Positions 8,360 through 18,158 of a stretch of 64,000 bases of DNA are shown piece by piece. The notes beneath the pieces were generated by a model that was not told where the DNA came from, did not search any database, and worked only from the letters and a program-made list of their open reading frames with translations. Numbering within the stretch: position 1 is the first letter of the stretch; every line of letters begins with the position of its first letter. The stretch comes from an uncultured archaeon (GTDB taxonomy: Archaea; Thermoproteota; Bathyarchaeia; Bathyarchaeales; Bathycorpusculaceae). The position numbers were made by a program, and so were the translations under genes. The DNA lies in the NCBI GenBank assembly GCA_963782915.1, contig CAWALK010000019.1, positions 96,001 to 160,000 of the forward strand, in the 5' to 3' direction.

Positions 8360-11300
8360 ATGACTTCATTGCGGAACTTGGTGGATTCTTTGCCTGAAAG
8401 TGAAGAAATTAATGCTGCAAGCCTTGAAAACCAGCCGACAAAGTTAGAGCTTGACCTGTTTTTCGACTACTCTTTGGATTTGCTGGTTCTTGTCGGATTT
8501 GACAATTGCTTCAAGCAAGTTAGTCCCTCCTTCGAAAGAATTTTAGGTTGGACAAAAGAAGAAGTAATCTCAAAGTCATTTTATAAAATTTCTTCATCCA
8601 GACGACATTCAAAAAACCCAGACTGAAGTTAAAGCTCACGAAACAGGCAAGAATACAATTCTCTTCGAAAATAGATACCGCTGCAAAGACGGCTCATACA
8701 AATGGATATCATGGAACTCCCATCCGTTACCAGAAAAACAAATAATCATTGGCATAGGACGAGATATAACAGACCGTAAACAAGCTGAAGAAGCGTTTCG
8801 TCTTAGTGAGGAGCGTTTCTCTAAAGTATTTCGCTTAAGTCCGTTTGCAGTGATTATAACGCGTTACAGTGACGGTACCTATATTGATGTTAACGATACC
8901 TTCCTGAAAATGTTTGAGTTCTCCCGAAATGAAGTGATAGGTCATACAGCAAATGAAATCAAAATCTACGCTAACCCTAACGGAAGAGCGGCTTATTTGG
9001 CTGCTTTCAAGAACGGGCGTGTCACCGATTTTGAGGTAGATTTGAAAACAAAAAATGGTAAACCAATTAAAGCTTTGGGTTTTGCAGAGATTATTAACAT
9101 TAATGGTCAAGACCTAACTATTGGTACACTAGTTGATATTACTGAACGCAAGAAAGCTGAAGACGATTTAAAAGAACAGTCTTGGCCGTGAACATTTCCT
9201 TGCTCAGCTTGTTAGAGATGCTTCGGTTGCTGTCGGCGTGGGTTACCCTGATGGTCGATTAGGCTTAGTTAATGATGCCTTTGAAAAGCTTACAGGATAC
9301 AGCAAGGAAGAGTTGCAGAAAATTAGTTGGAACGTTATTTTGACGCCTTCTGAATATAGAGAGTATGAGAAAGCAAAGTTAGCTGAAGTAAACCAAACAA
9401 AAAAGCCAGTTCGTTATGAGAAAGAATACATACGTAAAGATGGCTCAAGGGTTCCAATAGAGCTAACGGTACATCCATTCCTTGATGAAGAAGGAAACGT
9501 AACCTCGTATTTCTCATTCATAATGGACATATCGGATCGCAAGAAAGCCGAAGAGAAACTGCGGCAAAGTGAGGAACGGTTCCGTTTTGCACTTAAGAAT
9601 GCGCCCGTGTCTGTGGCGGTGCAAGATTGTGAGCTTAGGTATATTTGGGCGTATAATCAAAAGACGGCAAATCCTGAACAAATTCTAGGCCGACGGGACA
9701 GCGAAATCTTCACCCCAGAAGAAGCTGCGCATTTAGACGTCGTTAAGCGTAGGGTTCTAAAAGAAGGCGTTGAATTACGTGAACAACAGTGGTTTAATAG
9801 GCCGTCTGGTCCAATCTTTTTGGACGTAACCTGGTCACCTCTCCATGATTCGAAAGATCAAATAATTGGTGTTTCGAGCGCAACTGTTGACCTAACAGAT
9901 ATGAAACGCGCGGAGATCGGGTTGCAAGAGAGTGAGCAGCGTTGGTCGACAACGCTGTCTAGTATTGGCGATGCAGTAATCGCAACAGACACAGCAGGCA
10001 AAACAATGTTCATGAACCGCGTGGCTGAAGAATTAACCGGTTGGACATTGAGCGAAAGTCTGCGGAAACCGGTGAAAGAGGTCTTCAATATCGTAAACGA
10101 GCAAACTCGTTTGGAGGTTGAAAACCCCATCGCTAAAGTTCTCAGGGATGGTATAGTTGTAGGCTTGGCTAACCATACCGTTTTGATACGAAAAGATGGG
10201 TCGGAAATTCCAATTGACGATAGCGGAGCTCCTATAAAAGATAAAGACGGCAAAACTACTGGGGTAGTGCTAATTTTTAGAGATATTACTGAGCGCAAGA
10301 AAGCAGAAGAAACCTTGGAAAGAGAGCGGTTTGAATTCAGAAGCATACTTGACTTTGCTCCAGTGATGATTGCTTACAAAAGCAAAGATGACCATTTTCT
10401 ACAAGTTAACTCGGCATTTGCCGATTTTGTAGGTTTGCCTAAAGAAAAAATAATTGGTAAGACGACCTTCGACTTAGTTAAGGAAAAAGATGTAGCCCAG
10501 CAAGGTCGAGACAGTGACCTGCAAGTTATGCGAACTGGGGTGTCTGTTCTAAACCAGATGATAAAATGGTCAGGTTTGTTTAGCCAAAAGCAGATTTGGG
10601 CGCTCTATTCAAAAATGCCTTTTCATGACTCTGACGGCAACGTCGTTGGAACAGTTAGTTATGTCTTAGATGTGGATGAAACTAAGAAAGCAGAAAGAAG
10701 CTCTAAGAGCGAGTGAGGAACGTTTAAGATTCCAGGTTGAAAACACTCCGGTCTAGCCGTGGTTGAATGGGACAATAATTTTGTGATTACACGTTGGGCT
10801 GGCGATGCAGAGAAAATGTTTGGTTGGACCGCCGCTGAGACTATTGGTAAGCCGATAATGGATTTGCACATGATTTACGAACCAGACATCCCTATAGTGG
10901 AACAGACCATGAAGAGGCTGACTAGCGGTGAGATTAAAGTTGTGTCTTCAAACCGCAACATAACCAAAGACGGTCGAGTAATCTATTGCACATGGTATAA
11001 TTCGGTGTTGCTTGACGATGAAAGCAAGAGGATGACCTCAGTGTTTTCTTTAATTGAGGACGAAACTGAAAAAGCTAAAGCGAAAAAAGAGCTTGAGAAA
11101 ATTAATATAAACTTGGAGAAGCTTATTGAAGAGCGAACCAGGAAACTGGAACTTAGTTCTTTGTATGCAAGAAATCTCATTGAGGCAAGTCTTGACCCTC
11201 TGGTAACAATTAGCGCTGAAGGGAAAATTACCGACGTTAACATAGCTACTGAACAGGTCACAGGAACTTCTAGAGAAGAATTGATTGGCAGTGACTTCTC

Positions 11301-12222
11301 GGATTACTTTACGGAACCTGAAAAAGCTAAGATTGGGTACAAGAGAGTTTTCTCTGAAGGATTTGTAACCGATTATCCTTTGGCGATCAAGCATAAGTCT
11401 GGAAAAGTCACGGAAGTGCATGTATAATGCTACTGTTTATAGAAATGCCGCCGGAGAAATACAGGGTGTTTTTGCAGCTGCAAGAGATATTACTGAGCGC
11501 AAGAAGGCTGAAGAACAAGCTCAGGAGGCTGCTAAGAAACTAAAAGATTCTGAACGTTTAGCGGCCATCGGTGCCACAGCGGGTATGGTTGGACATGATA
11601 TTCGCAATCCATTACAAGCTATAACGAGTGATGTTTACTTAGCGAAAACGGAATTAGCTTCGACTCTGGATAGTAAAGAGAAAGAGAATGCTTTAGAAAG
11701 CCTGACAGAGATCGAAAAGAACATTGATTACATTAACAAAATCGTGCAAGACCTGCAAGATTATGCCCGACCTCTTAGCCCAAAAACAGAAGAAATTGAC
11801 CTTAAACTGATAATTGCATGATCTATTGGCAAAGCAGAGGATGCCGGATAACATTGAACTGAGCCTTAAAATAGAAAATAAAGCTGAAAAAATCAATGCT
11901 GATTCCTATTACATAAATCGTATTATGTATAACCTAGTTACCAATGCCGTGCAGGCCATGCCAGATGGCGGCAAACTAACCATACATGCCCTCCGAGAAC
12001 AAAACAACTTGGTGATTTACTGTCAAAGACACTGGCGTAGGCATCCCTAAAGATATTCAAGGTAAGATGTTTACTCTGATGTTTACGACAAAAGCGAAGG
12101 GTCAGGGCTTTGGTTTGCCCGTTGTTAAGCGAATGATTGAGGCATTGGGTGGAATGATCTCATTTGAGAGCCAAGAGGGCAAAGGAACCACTTTCACAGT
12201 TAGTTTGCCTCTAAATAAATGA
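8360..12222 (+). CDS. Multi-PAS sensor histidine kinase, split by several frameshifts
   Basis: Consecutive PAS/PAC fragments (8243-8626, 8850-9191, 9238-10716, 10759-11427), H-box AGMVGHDIRNPLQ, N-box NLVTNAVQAM, G2 TTKAKGQGFGL in shifting frames. Confidence 0.85.
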
Positions 12223-12349
12223 GCGGTCACCCATTAGCCCTTATGCATTTGCCTATGTAGGCATAGTTCTTGAGTATTAAGTGATAATAGAATTTTGAAT
12301 TAAATAGTCTTTTATAATGCATTTGCGCTAAAATTTATTAGGGATTTTT

Positions 12350-12622
12350 TTGAAGCGCGAAGAAGCAATATTGGTTTTAAAGGAGCTTTTTGAAAAGTGC
12401 ACCAATTTGGATGGCCACTATTTAGAATTGTTACCGCCTAACGCCTCCACTAGAATGAGCGGTGGATATAAGATACAAATTAAGGCGACTCTTGATGAAG
12501 AAACAAGAAACTGCATGCAAGATGTTCTAATGAAAAATCGCCTTACCATAAAAATCGAAGAAGCAGATAGTTTCACAATTTACAAACCTCACAAAGAGTT
12601 TACCACTGCCCACCAAATGTAG
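12350..12622 (+). CDS. Small hypothetical protein (paralogue of 34079-34315)
   Basis: MKREEAILVLKELFEKC vs MNRNEAVTYLKELLNQC; both end in a similar I(Y/F)xP motif. Confidence 0.7.
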   Translation: MKREEAILVLKELFEKCTNLDGHYLELLPPNASTRMSGGYKIQIKATLDEETRNCMQDVLMKNRLTIKIEEADSFTIYKPHKEFTTAHQM

Positions 12623-12789
12623 AGTGTTGTTGAGCAAGGAAAAACCTTCATCATACGTTTGCTCTCCCCAAGAGCTAAACGGTAAATGGACCTACAAATA
12701 AAACCATCTCGCCCCGATTATTCTGACTAAGATCATCTTAATCGAAACAGCTATTAAATTCAAAATTGATTCTCAGTTAGGTTTGCCTT

Positions 12790-12864
12790 ATGATTTTTGA
12801 AGAAGAAGACGATGACTGCGGTTGCGATGACGATTGCGACTGCGAAGACTCTGAAGAAGAATAA
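12790..12864 (+). CDS. 24-aa acidic Cys-rich micropeptide MIFEEEDDDCGCDDDCDCEDSEEE
   Basis: Manual translation; followed by a T-tract terminator-like sequence. Confidence 0.5.
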   Translation: MIFEEEDDDCGCDDDCDCEDSEEE

Positions 12865-13081
12865 GCAAATCTCTAACCTTTTTTTGGTCCTGTTTTGTTT
12901 GCCCGATCACTGTATACAATGTAAATTTACGCCAGAAATTTTCCAGGAAATTTTGGGAAGTGCCGTGTGCTCAGGCCAAACGGTTCCACGGATTCAACAT
13001 TTCTGCCCAAGTGGAGCTTCAATGAACGGATTTTAGATATTTCTCACCACGGCGATGCGGCCGTTGCCGTATTCGGGCGTT

Positions 13082-13123
13082 AAGGTCTTCCATTAATTGG
13101 CTCCAGAAAGAGCTTAAAGTCAT
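13082..13123. repeat. Degenerate/partial copy of the cassette repeat
   Basis: AAGGTCTTC core followed by ATTGG...AAAGTCATC resembling the repeat arms. Confidence 0.45.
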
Positions 13124-13186
13124 CGCTGGGAAAGTTTCATTTACTTTGGGCTCATATACTACGACCTGTCCTGAGATGCATTAACG

Positions 13187-13420
13187 ATGAACATGTCTGA
13201 GGCAATGCGGTACAAAACAAAAATCCAAACCAATTGCGCCATAGCCGTTAAAATGCTTGACACTGCCGAAGACGGCATCATTTTGTACATTGAGCGAAAA
13301 AGTCTTGACTCCGCTTCATACAAACTCTTGGTCGATTTTGCCGCCGAAAACCAGTTAAATCTGCAACTGAGCAGTGGCAACTTCATCATTTCAACCCATG
13401 CCCTATCGGCTCAAGGGTGA
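13187..13420 (+). CDS. 77-aa hypothetical protein (paralogue of 55103-55360); cassette 1
   Basis: MNMSEAM..K..IQ..C.I..KM...SYKLL.D..AEN.LNLQL shared with 55103-55360. Confidence 0.8.
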   Translation: MNMSEAMRYKTKIQTNCAIAVKMLDTAEDGIILYIERKSLDSASYKLLVDFAAENQLNLQLSSGNFIISTHALSAQG

Positions 13421-13423
13421 ACC

Positions 13424-13561
13424 AAGGCCTTCAATAAATCGGGGGGTATAGAGGGAAGCTGGCAGGTCTTCGGTCTAAAGACTAATCATCAGAACCTATA
13501 AAAAATAAGACCCAATTTATGGCTTGACTTATCTTATGGCGTCCAATCGGCGGAAGACCTT
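13424..13561. repeat. Cassette repeat copy 1 (138 bp, inverted ends)
   Basis: AAGGCCTTC...GGGGTATAGAG...TCATCAGAACCTATAAAA...GAAGACCTT. Confidence 0.9.
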
Positions 13562-13703
13562 ACTGCGGCTGCTTCGATTCTTTTTGCTCTTTCTTTGAGC
13601 CGAAGTTAACGTTGATTACGATATTATTGTAAATGACAAGGCTTGCTTGAGCCGAAGGGCTAAGAAGTCTTGCCTCTTTTTCTTTTGTTTCCGATGTCGA
13701 CAT
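13560..13703 (-). CDS. 47-aa hypothetical protein MSTSETKEKEARLL...KQPQ; cassette 2
   Basis: Manual translation; TAA stop overlaps the end of repeat 1. Confidence 0.55.
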   Translation of the reverse strand: MSTSETKEKEARLLSPSAQASLVIYNNIVINVNFGSKKEQKESKQPQ

Positions 13704-13774
13704 AGCTATCTTGCTACTGGAACCGAATGAATGATAAAATGGTTTGCTGGTTACAGACTGAAATACATCGACGA

Positions 13775-13910
13775 AAGGCCTTCAATTTTCTGGAGGGGTA
13801 TAGAGGGAGAAAGGCTTGTCTGAGTTTTACCTTATCATCAGAACATATAAAATACAAAAGATAAAACGGAGGCTGACTTATCCTATGGGATCCAATCTTT
13901 AGAAGGCCTT
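13775..13910. repeat. Cassette repeat copy 2 (136 bp)
   Basis: AAGGCCTTC...GGGGTATAGAG...TCATCAGAACATATAAAA...GAAGGCCTT. Confidence 0.9.
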
Positions 13911-14063
13911 ATCGGATGCCCCGGTCCATTTACCGTTTAGCTCTTTGGTGGGCAAACGTATCATTGCGCCCGCTAATACTTACCGCAGTCAATATTCTGT
14001 GGTGCTATAACTATTAATACTCTAATTTCGAATTAATTGCATCACAACTTGGGTTTCTCGCAT

Positions 14064-15712
14064 ATGCCTACAAACAAAGCGCTAGTAGAAGAGATTGAAT
14101 CATCGATTGCACGGGACTTCACTTTATCCTACGCTGAATTAAAGAAGCTCCACTCACAGATGCTGGACCAGATCACGTCTACAGCAAGCCGCTCACCCGC
14201 ATACTCCAAAATAGAGCATATCACCGACCTCTCGCAGCTAAGCAAGCTTCCAATGACGTCTTTTGACCAGATTCAGGTGCTCTTCGACAAGCTCGGAACC
14301 GAGAAGGTGCTACTCAAGAAACCCGCAATATTCTGGTACACCTCAGGCTCCACCGGCAAACAAAAGAAAGTCTACTATGGCGAAGCAGACGAAGACATCA
14401 TCGCACAGGGCTTCATGCAACTACTATACCTAAGCGGCGTACGAGTCACAGACAGCGCCTTTGTCTTCACCTCAACCGGCGGCGACACCCTCTTTGGGCT
14501 TGTCCTCAAAAAATATGATTTACCCGGCCTAATTTCGACTCTTACCAACGAAATCGACGTCATCAAAGCGTTGCGAAACGCGTCAAAGTTGGAACGGATC
14601 GACGTCACCGTAGGCGTCACGTGGCTTTACCTCGTCATCAACAAGATAGCGCACCACCCCGAAGAGTTCGAGAAGATAGTGCAAAAGATGGTGAAGGACA
14701 AAGTCAAGATACCCGGTTTGCCATGGCTTATTCGCAAGTATCTGATGCGGGGCATCGACTACCAGAACCTCGCAAAAACCCTCTCTGAAACCAGATTGGG
14801 CTTCTCGCACGCTGAAGCACTCGCACCCTACATCCCCAAGATACATGAGGTATATCCGAAGATGGAGCTGCATGACGTGTTCGGCGCAACCGAGCAGTGG
14901 GTGCAGGCATACAGGTTTCAACCGAGCATAACTGGCTCAGCTTCTTCCTACGTTACTCCATCCCCGAACTGGCAGATCCAGAAGAAGTCCTTAAAGCTAA
15001 ACAGGACCCAACCTACATACCCAAAACCACTCCATGGTACGAATGGAAAAAGGGCATGCGCGGCGAACTCATCTTAACCCGCCCCGGCGAATGCTTGCCC
15101 TTGATCAGGTACCCGACTGGCGACATGATTGAAATCATGGACCCCGCCTACAAGTTCATAGTCAAACTCGAAACCACCACACTTGACATAACACTACCCG
15201 CGATTATGTCCCTTGGAAGATCAACAGACTCAGTGGATTACGACTCAGGAGACCAAAACGGCAACTTTTTCGGCTTCAAAGTCTACTCGCGGCAAATAAA
15301 CGACGCACTCTTCAAAATCCAGAACATTCGCTGGTGGGAACTCTACCACGTCCGCGGCAGCCCCGGCAGATTCATCTTCCTAGTAATCCCAGAAGCCCCA
15401 GTGCAGGATATGGTAGCCTTTAAAGCAGAAATACACGCATTGCTTACCAAAACCTTTGTGGAGTATTACGCAGTAGATACAGGAAGGCAATTCATACTCG
15501 ACGGCTCAGCGGCCAACGGAAACGGCGTAATTCACAAGGAACTCATCGAGGTCATAGTCACGCGCCCCGAGGCTTACAACGTCGTAGACCGCGAGGTAAA
15601 GCGCCGCCTAAAGGAAGGCCGAGCGATGGGGCGCCAGAAGCCCAAGCGGATCTTCAAGGTTGAGAACGAAGCCGAATTCAAGCGGCTTGTTGATGAGAAA
15701 CTGAAGGCATAG
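14064..15712 (+). CDS. GH3/phenylacetate-CoA-ligase-like adenylate-forming enzyme, one frameshift near 14905; cassette 3
   Basis: YTSGSTGKQK P-loop, DVFGATE, GELILT..GECLPLIRYPTGD across ORFs 14037-15077 and 14897-15712. Confidence 0.8.
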
Positions 15713-15756
15713 GACCTACCTACCTCAGCGGTGCCTCCCCTGCCTTATATAAAGAA

Positions 15757-15892
15757 AAGGCCTTCACGAAATTAGGGGGTATAGAGAGAAGAGAAGGCTT
15801 GACGGGTTTAAGCTAATCATCACAACATATAAAACAACAATAGAATAAATCAAACAAACTATCTCCATACCCATCCGTCGGCGGAAGACCTT
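15757..15892. repeat. Cassette repeat copy 3 (136 bp)
   Basis: AAGGCCTTC...GGGGTATAGAG...TCATCACAACATATAAAA...GGCGGAAGACCTT. Confidence 0.9.
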
Positions 15893-16059
15893 TACCAGTA
15901 TAAGTAAATATGCATTATCTGTAAAATCTTAGACTCGCCGTAGCCAGCTTTGACCAACCCACGAATCGTTTCCTTTATCAGCTGGACGAATTCGGAGTCT
16001 GCAGCAATATAGGCAGCCAAACCGACGAGCAATATGCCACCGACAATAATAGTCAGCAT
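15892..16059 (-). CDS. Small single-pass membrane protein (55 aa from ATG); cassette 4
   Basis: MLTIIVGGILLVGLAAYIA hydrophobic helix; TAA overlaps the end of repeat 3. Confidence 0.6.
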   Translation of the reverse strand: MLTIIVGGILLVGLAAYIAADSEFVQLIKETIRGLVKAGYGESKILQIMHIYLYW

Positions 16060-16156
16060 TCTCTCGAACCTAAGCCAAAAATGCAAGCTCAAACTAATAT
16101 GTATTACGATTCACTTCATTACCGTTAAAGCAGTTGTGATTTGAGCCGCAAATTTT

Positions 16157-16240
16157 GAAGGCCTTCGCCGATTTGCCCCCATAGAGAGAAATGCCAAGCT
16201 ATTCTTCACAACATTCAAGAATTTCTTCGGGATCCATCCA
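16157..16240. repeat. Degenerate shortened cassette repeat copy
   Basis: GAAGGCCTTC...ATAGAGAGAA...AAGCTATTCTTCACAACAT (copy 3: AAGCTAATCATCACAACAT)...GGGATCCA. Confidence 0.65.
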
Positions 16241-16413
16241 GCTTTAACTTGAACTATCAACGTTCATTGCGCTGCCGCTTGAAAGCCAAAGACAAAAAAG
16301 CGCATGGAGAACTTTCTTTGCTTAACGCTACGGAAAACTGCAGTAACGTTGCTGAATTCTGCAGCGTCGGACAAAGCCAAAAACAAGACTATACAATGAA
16401 TCAGGTGCAAGAT

Positions 16414-16459
16414 TGGAGCCTTCGGCGGGATTTGGACCCGCGACCATTACCTTACCAAG
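16414..16459 (-). pseudogene. 3' half of tRNA-Thr(GGT) with CCA; att-like relic
   Basis: Reverse complement CTTGGTAAGGTAATGGTCGCGGGTCCAAATCCCGCCGAAGGCTCCA: anticodon loop, T-arm, acceptor strand; no D-arm or 5' half. Confidence 0.8.
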
Positions 16460-16629
16460 AACCTGCCCTTGTAATATAAGTAGTAGTACAAAACATTTTT
16501 TCTGTGTTTTTCGACCTGCTGGTTGTTTGTTTGGGTTTGATTGAAAGAAGAAAGAAAAGGAATTGCGTTTCTTCTTCTACTAAAGAACTCCAACAGGTTA
16601 ATAGTCAACTATTGCAATAGGCATTAAGC

Positions 16630-16872
16630 TTACGTGCGCAGGTCAATACTATAGTAGGTTTTCAAGTATTTGCTGTTCAGGAGTGCTTCTAGTATTGTTT
16701 GGCACTCTTCTGGATAGAATGCAGCTACTACTGTGCAGAGGTCATCTTCACTTATCCGCTGATTATTCTTCAACCCTACCTCGCGAATTAGTCTGAGAGC
16801 AGCTTGATTTTTTGTTTCATTACTTGCTTTCTTAATTGACTCTGCTTTTTTCAGCTCAGGCACCCCATACAA
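16630..16872 (-). CDS. 80-aa hypothetical protein
   Basis: ORF only; possibly wHTH-like. Confidence 0.45.
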   Translation of the reverse strand: MYGVPELKKAESIKKASNETKNQAALRLIREVGLKNNQRISEDDLCTVVAAFYPEECQTILEALLNSKYLKTYYSIDLRT

Positions 16873-17065
16873 GTTGATCCTAATATTATTTTTAATACAG
16901 CCTTAAGGTATTGAATGAAGTAGAAAAAATTTGTACTTCTTCTACTGAGAAATTCTAATTGGTAGTAGTCGTCGATGTACTAGTACCGTCGACTACTTCT
17001 ATGCTAATACATTGTAGAGTTGAGAAGTTTTCAACTGCACATTTGACCTTTGTAGCCAAAGTGAC

Positions 17066-17952
17066 TTATGGAATGCCCCATAGCCTATTATCGTCATAAT
17101 ACAAATCCATAGACCAATATACAAGGCCCTTAAAGACAGCTAGTGGCGGTTCTTTTCGTAGTTTAGGTGCCATACGTGCCCATTCTTCTTCAGAGATGCG
17201 TGACTGATCTTTCCATCTTTGCAATCCCATTTCGAACAGGTCTTCAAGCGCTTTGCCTAAACACTTGTATCTACCATAAAGGCTGCTGCCGGTCGTATTA
17301 GAGATTCCTAAGAGCTTCCAGCCGAACATTAACAAAATCATGCGTTCCTCATGCTTCTCCGATTGAGACAACCCTGTATCAGCATACAAGTTTTAATTCA
17401 ATGTCGCCAAGCCGTTCATAATTCTGTAGATGCAGTGGAATCTACGCATCGCCAATATTCGGGGTCGAATTCATTATAATCGATTTTTAACTCTCGGGTT
17501 TTAGTGATAACCAGCTTGCCGGGCAGTTTGTAATATTTTAGCTCATCGATTTCTTCTTTTTTCTTGTAAAATTCAACTTCATTGAGTAGCCATTGCTGCT
17601 TATCGACGTCTAACTTGGTGAACAACTCCACGTTCTTGATTCTTTGCAGCTCTGCCTTTAGCTCAGCTCTTATTTTTTCTGGGATAAGGTAAAAAACGCT
17701 TTGGTGACCGAGGTTTTGCCTCTCAAGTAATCCTTCTGAGCGTAAGGCTGCTTTGGCTCTGGAGAAGGCAACATCGAAGCTTTCAAGGTCATAGTGTTTG
17801 GGAACATATCGTGCGTTTAAGGCTTTTTGGATTTCTTTGCTTTGTAGCCGGCAATTGGGTGCCTCTATAGTTGTCGTTAAGATGTCTAGCCGTAGAGCAT
17901 TATTTCTTGTTTCGGCGCTTAACTGCATAAGGCACACTGTAGTTACTAACAA
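17066..17952 (-). CDS. wHTH-containing protein, probably one gene broken by frameshifts (ORFs 17416-17952 and 17066-17389)
   Basis: FSRAKAALRSEGLLERQNLGHQSVFYLI wHTH; an intermediate frame (IPLHLQNYERLGDIELK) bridges the two ORFs. Confidence 0.55.
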
Positions 17953-18012
17953 GTTGTTAGCTATAATATGTCTTACTGTACTCCTTACTTACAGAATCAA
18001 CGGGTGAAGCGA

Positions 18013-18156
18013 ATGGATGAAAAAGTCACAGTACGCATCCCTGATGGCCAAAGAGAAAAAATTGAGCGAATAATCAAACGGGAATACCCTAAAATGAAAA
18101 CCATCAGCGACGTCGTCAGACACGCACTAAGTCAATTCCTCGAAAAAGAGGCCTGA
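18013..18156 (+). CDS. Ribbon-helix-helix (CopG/Arc/MetJ) protein
   Basis: KVTVRIP...IERII...TISDVVRHALSQFL; GGTGA SD upstream. Confidence 0.8.
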   Translation: MDEKVTVRIPDGQREKIERIIKREYPKMKTISDVVRHALSQFLEKEA

Positions 18157-18158
18157 TC

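Noticed and set aside
12797-13036. 79-aa ORF MKKKTMTAVAM...
   Set aside because: Runs through a T-tract terminator; the alternative frame acidic micropeptide is more credible
13480-13500. TGATGA/CTGA on the minus strand of the repeats as C/D box sRNA
   Set aside because: Boxes overlap instead of bracketing guides, and CTGA is lost in copy 3
13424-15892. Repeats as a CRISPR array
   Set aside because: Repeats are ~136 bp, divergent, separated by 0.2-1.8 kb genes; no cas genes seen
13424-15892. Repeats as canonical integron attC sites
   Set aside because: No RYYYAAC/GTTRRRY ends, and the nearby recombinase looks like a tRNA-targeting integrase rather than IntI
16249-16479. 76-aa ORF ending WSLRRDLDPRPLPYQ
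   Set aside because: C-terminus is just the antisense translation of the tRNA fragment
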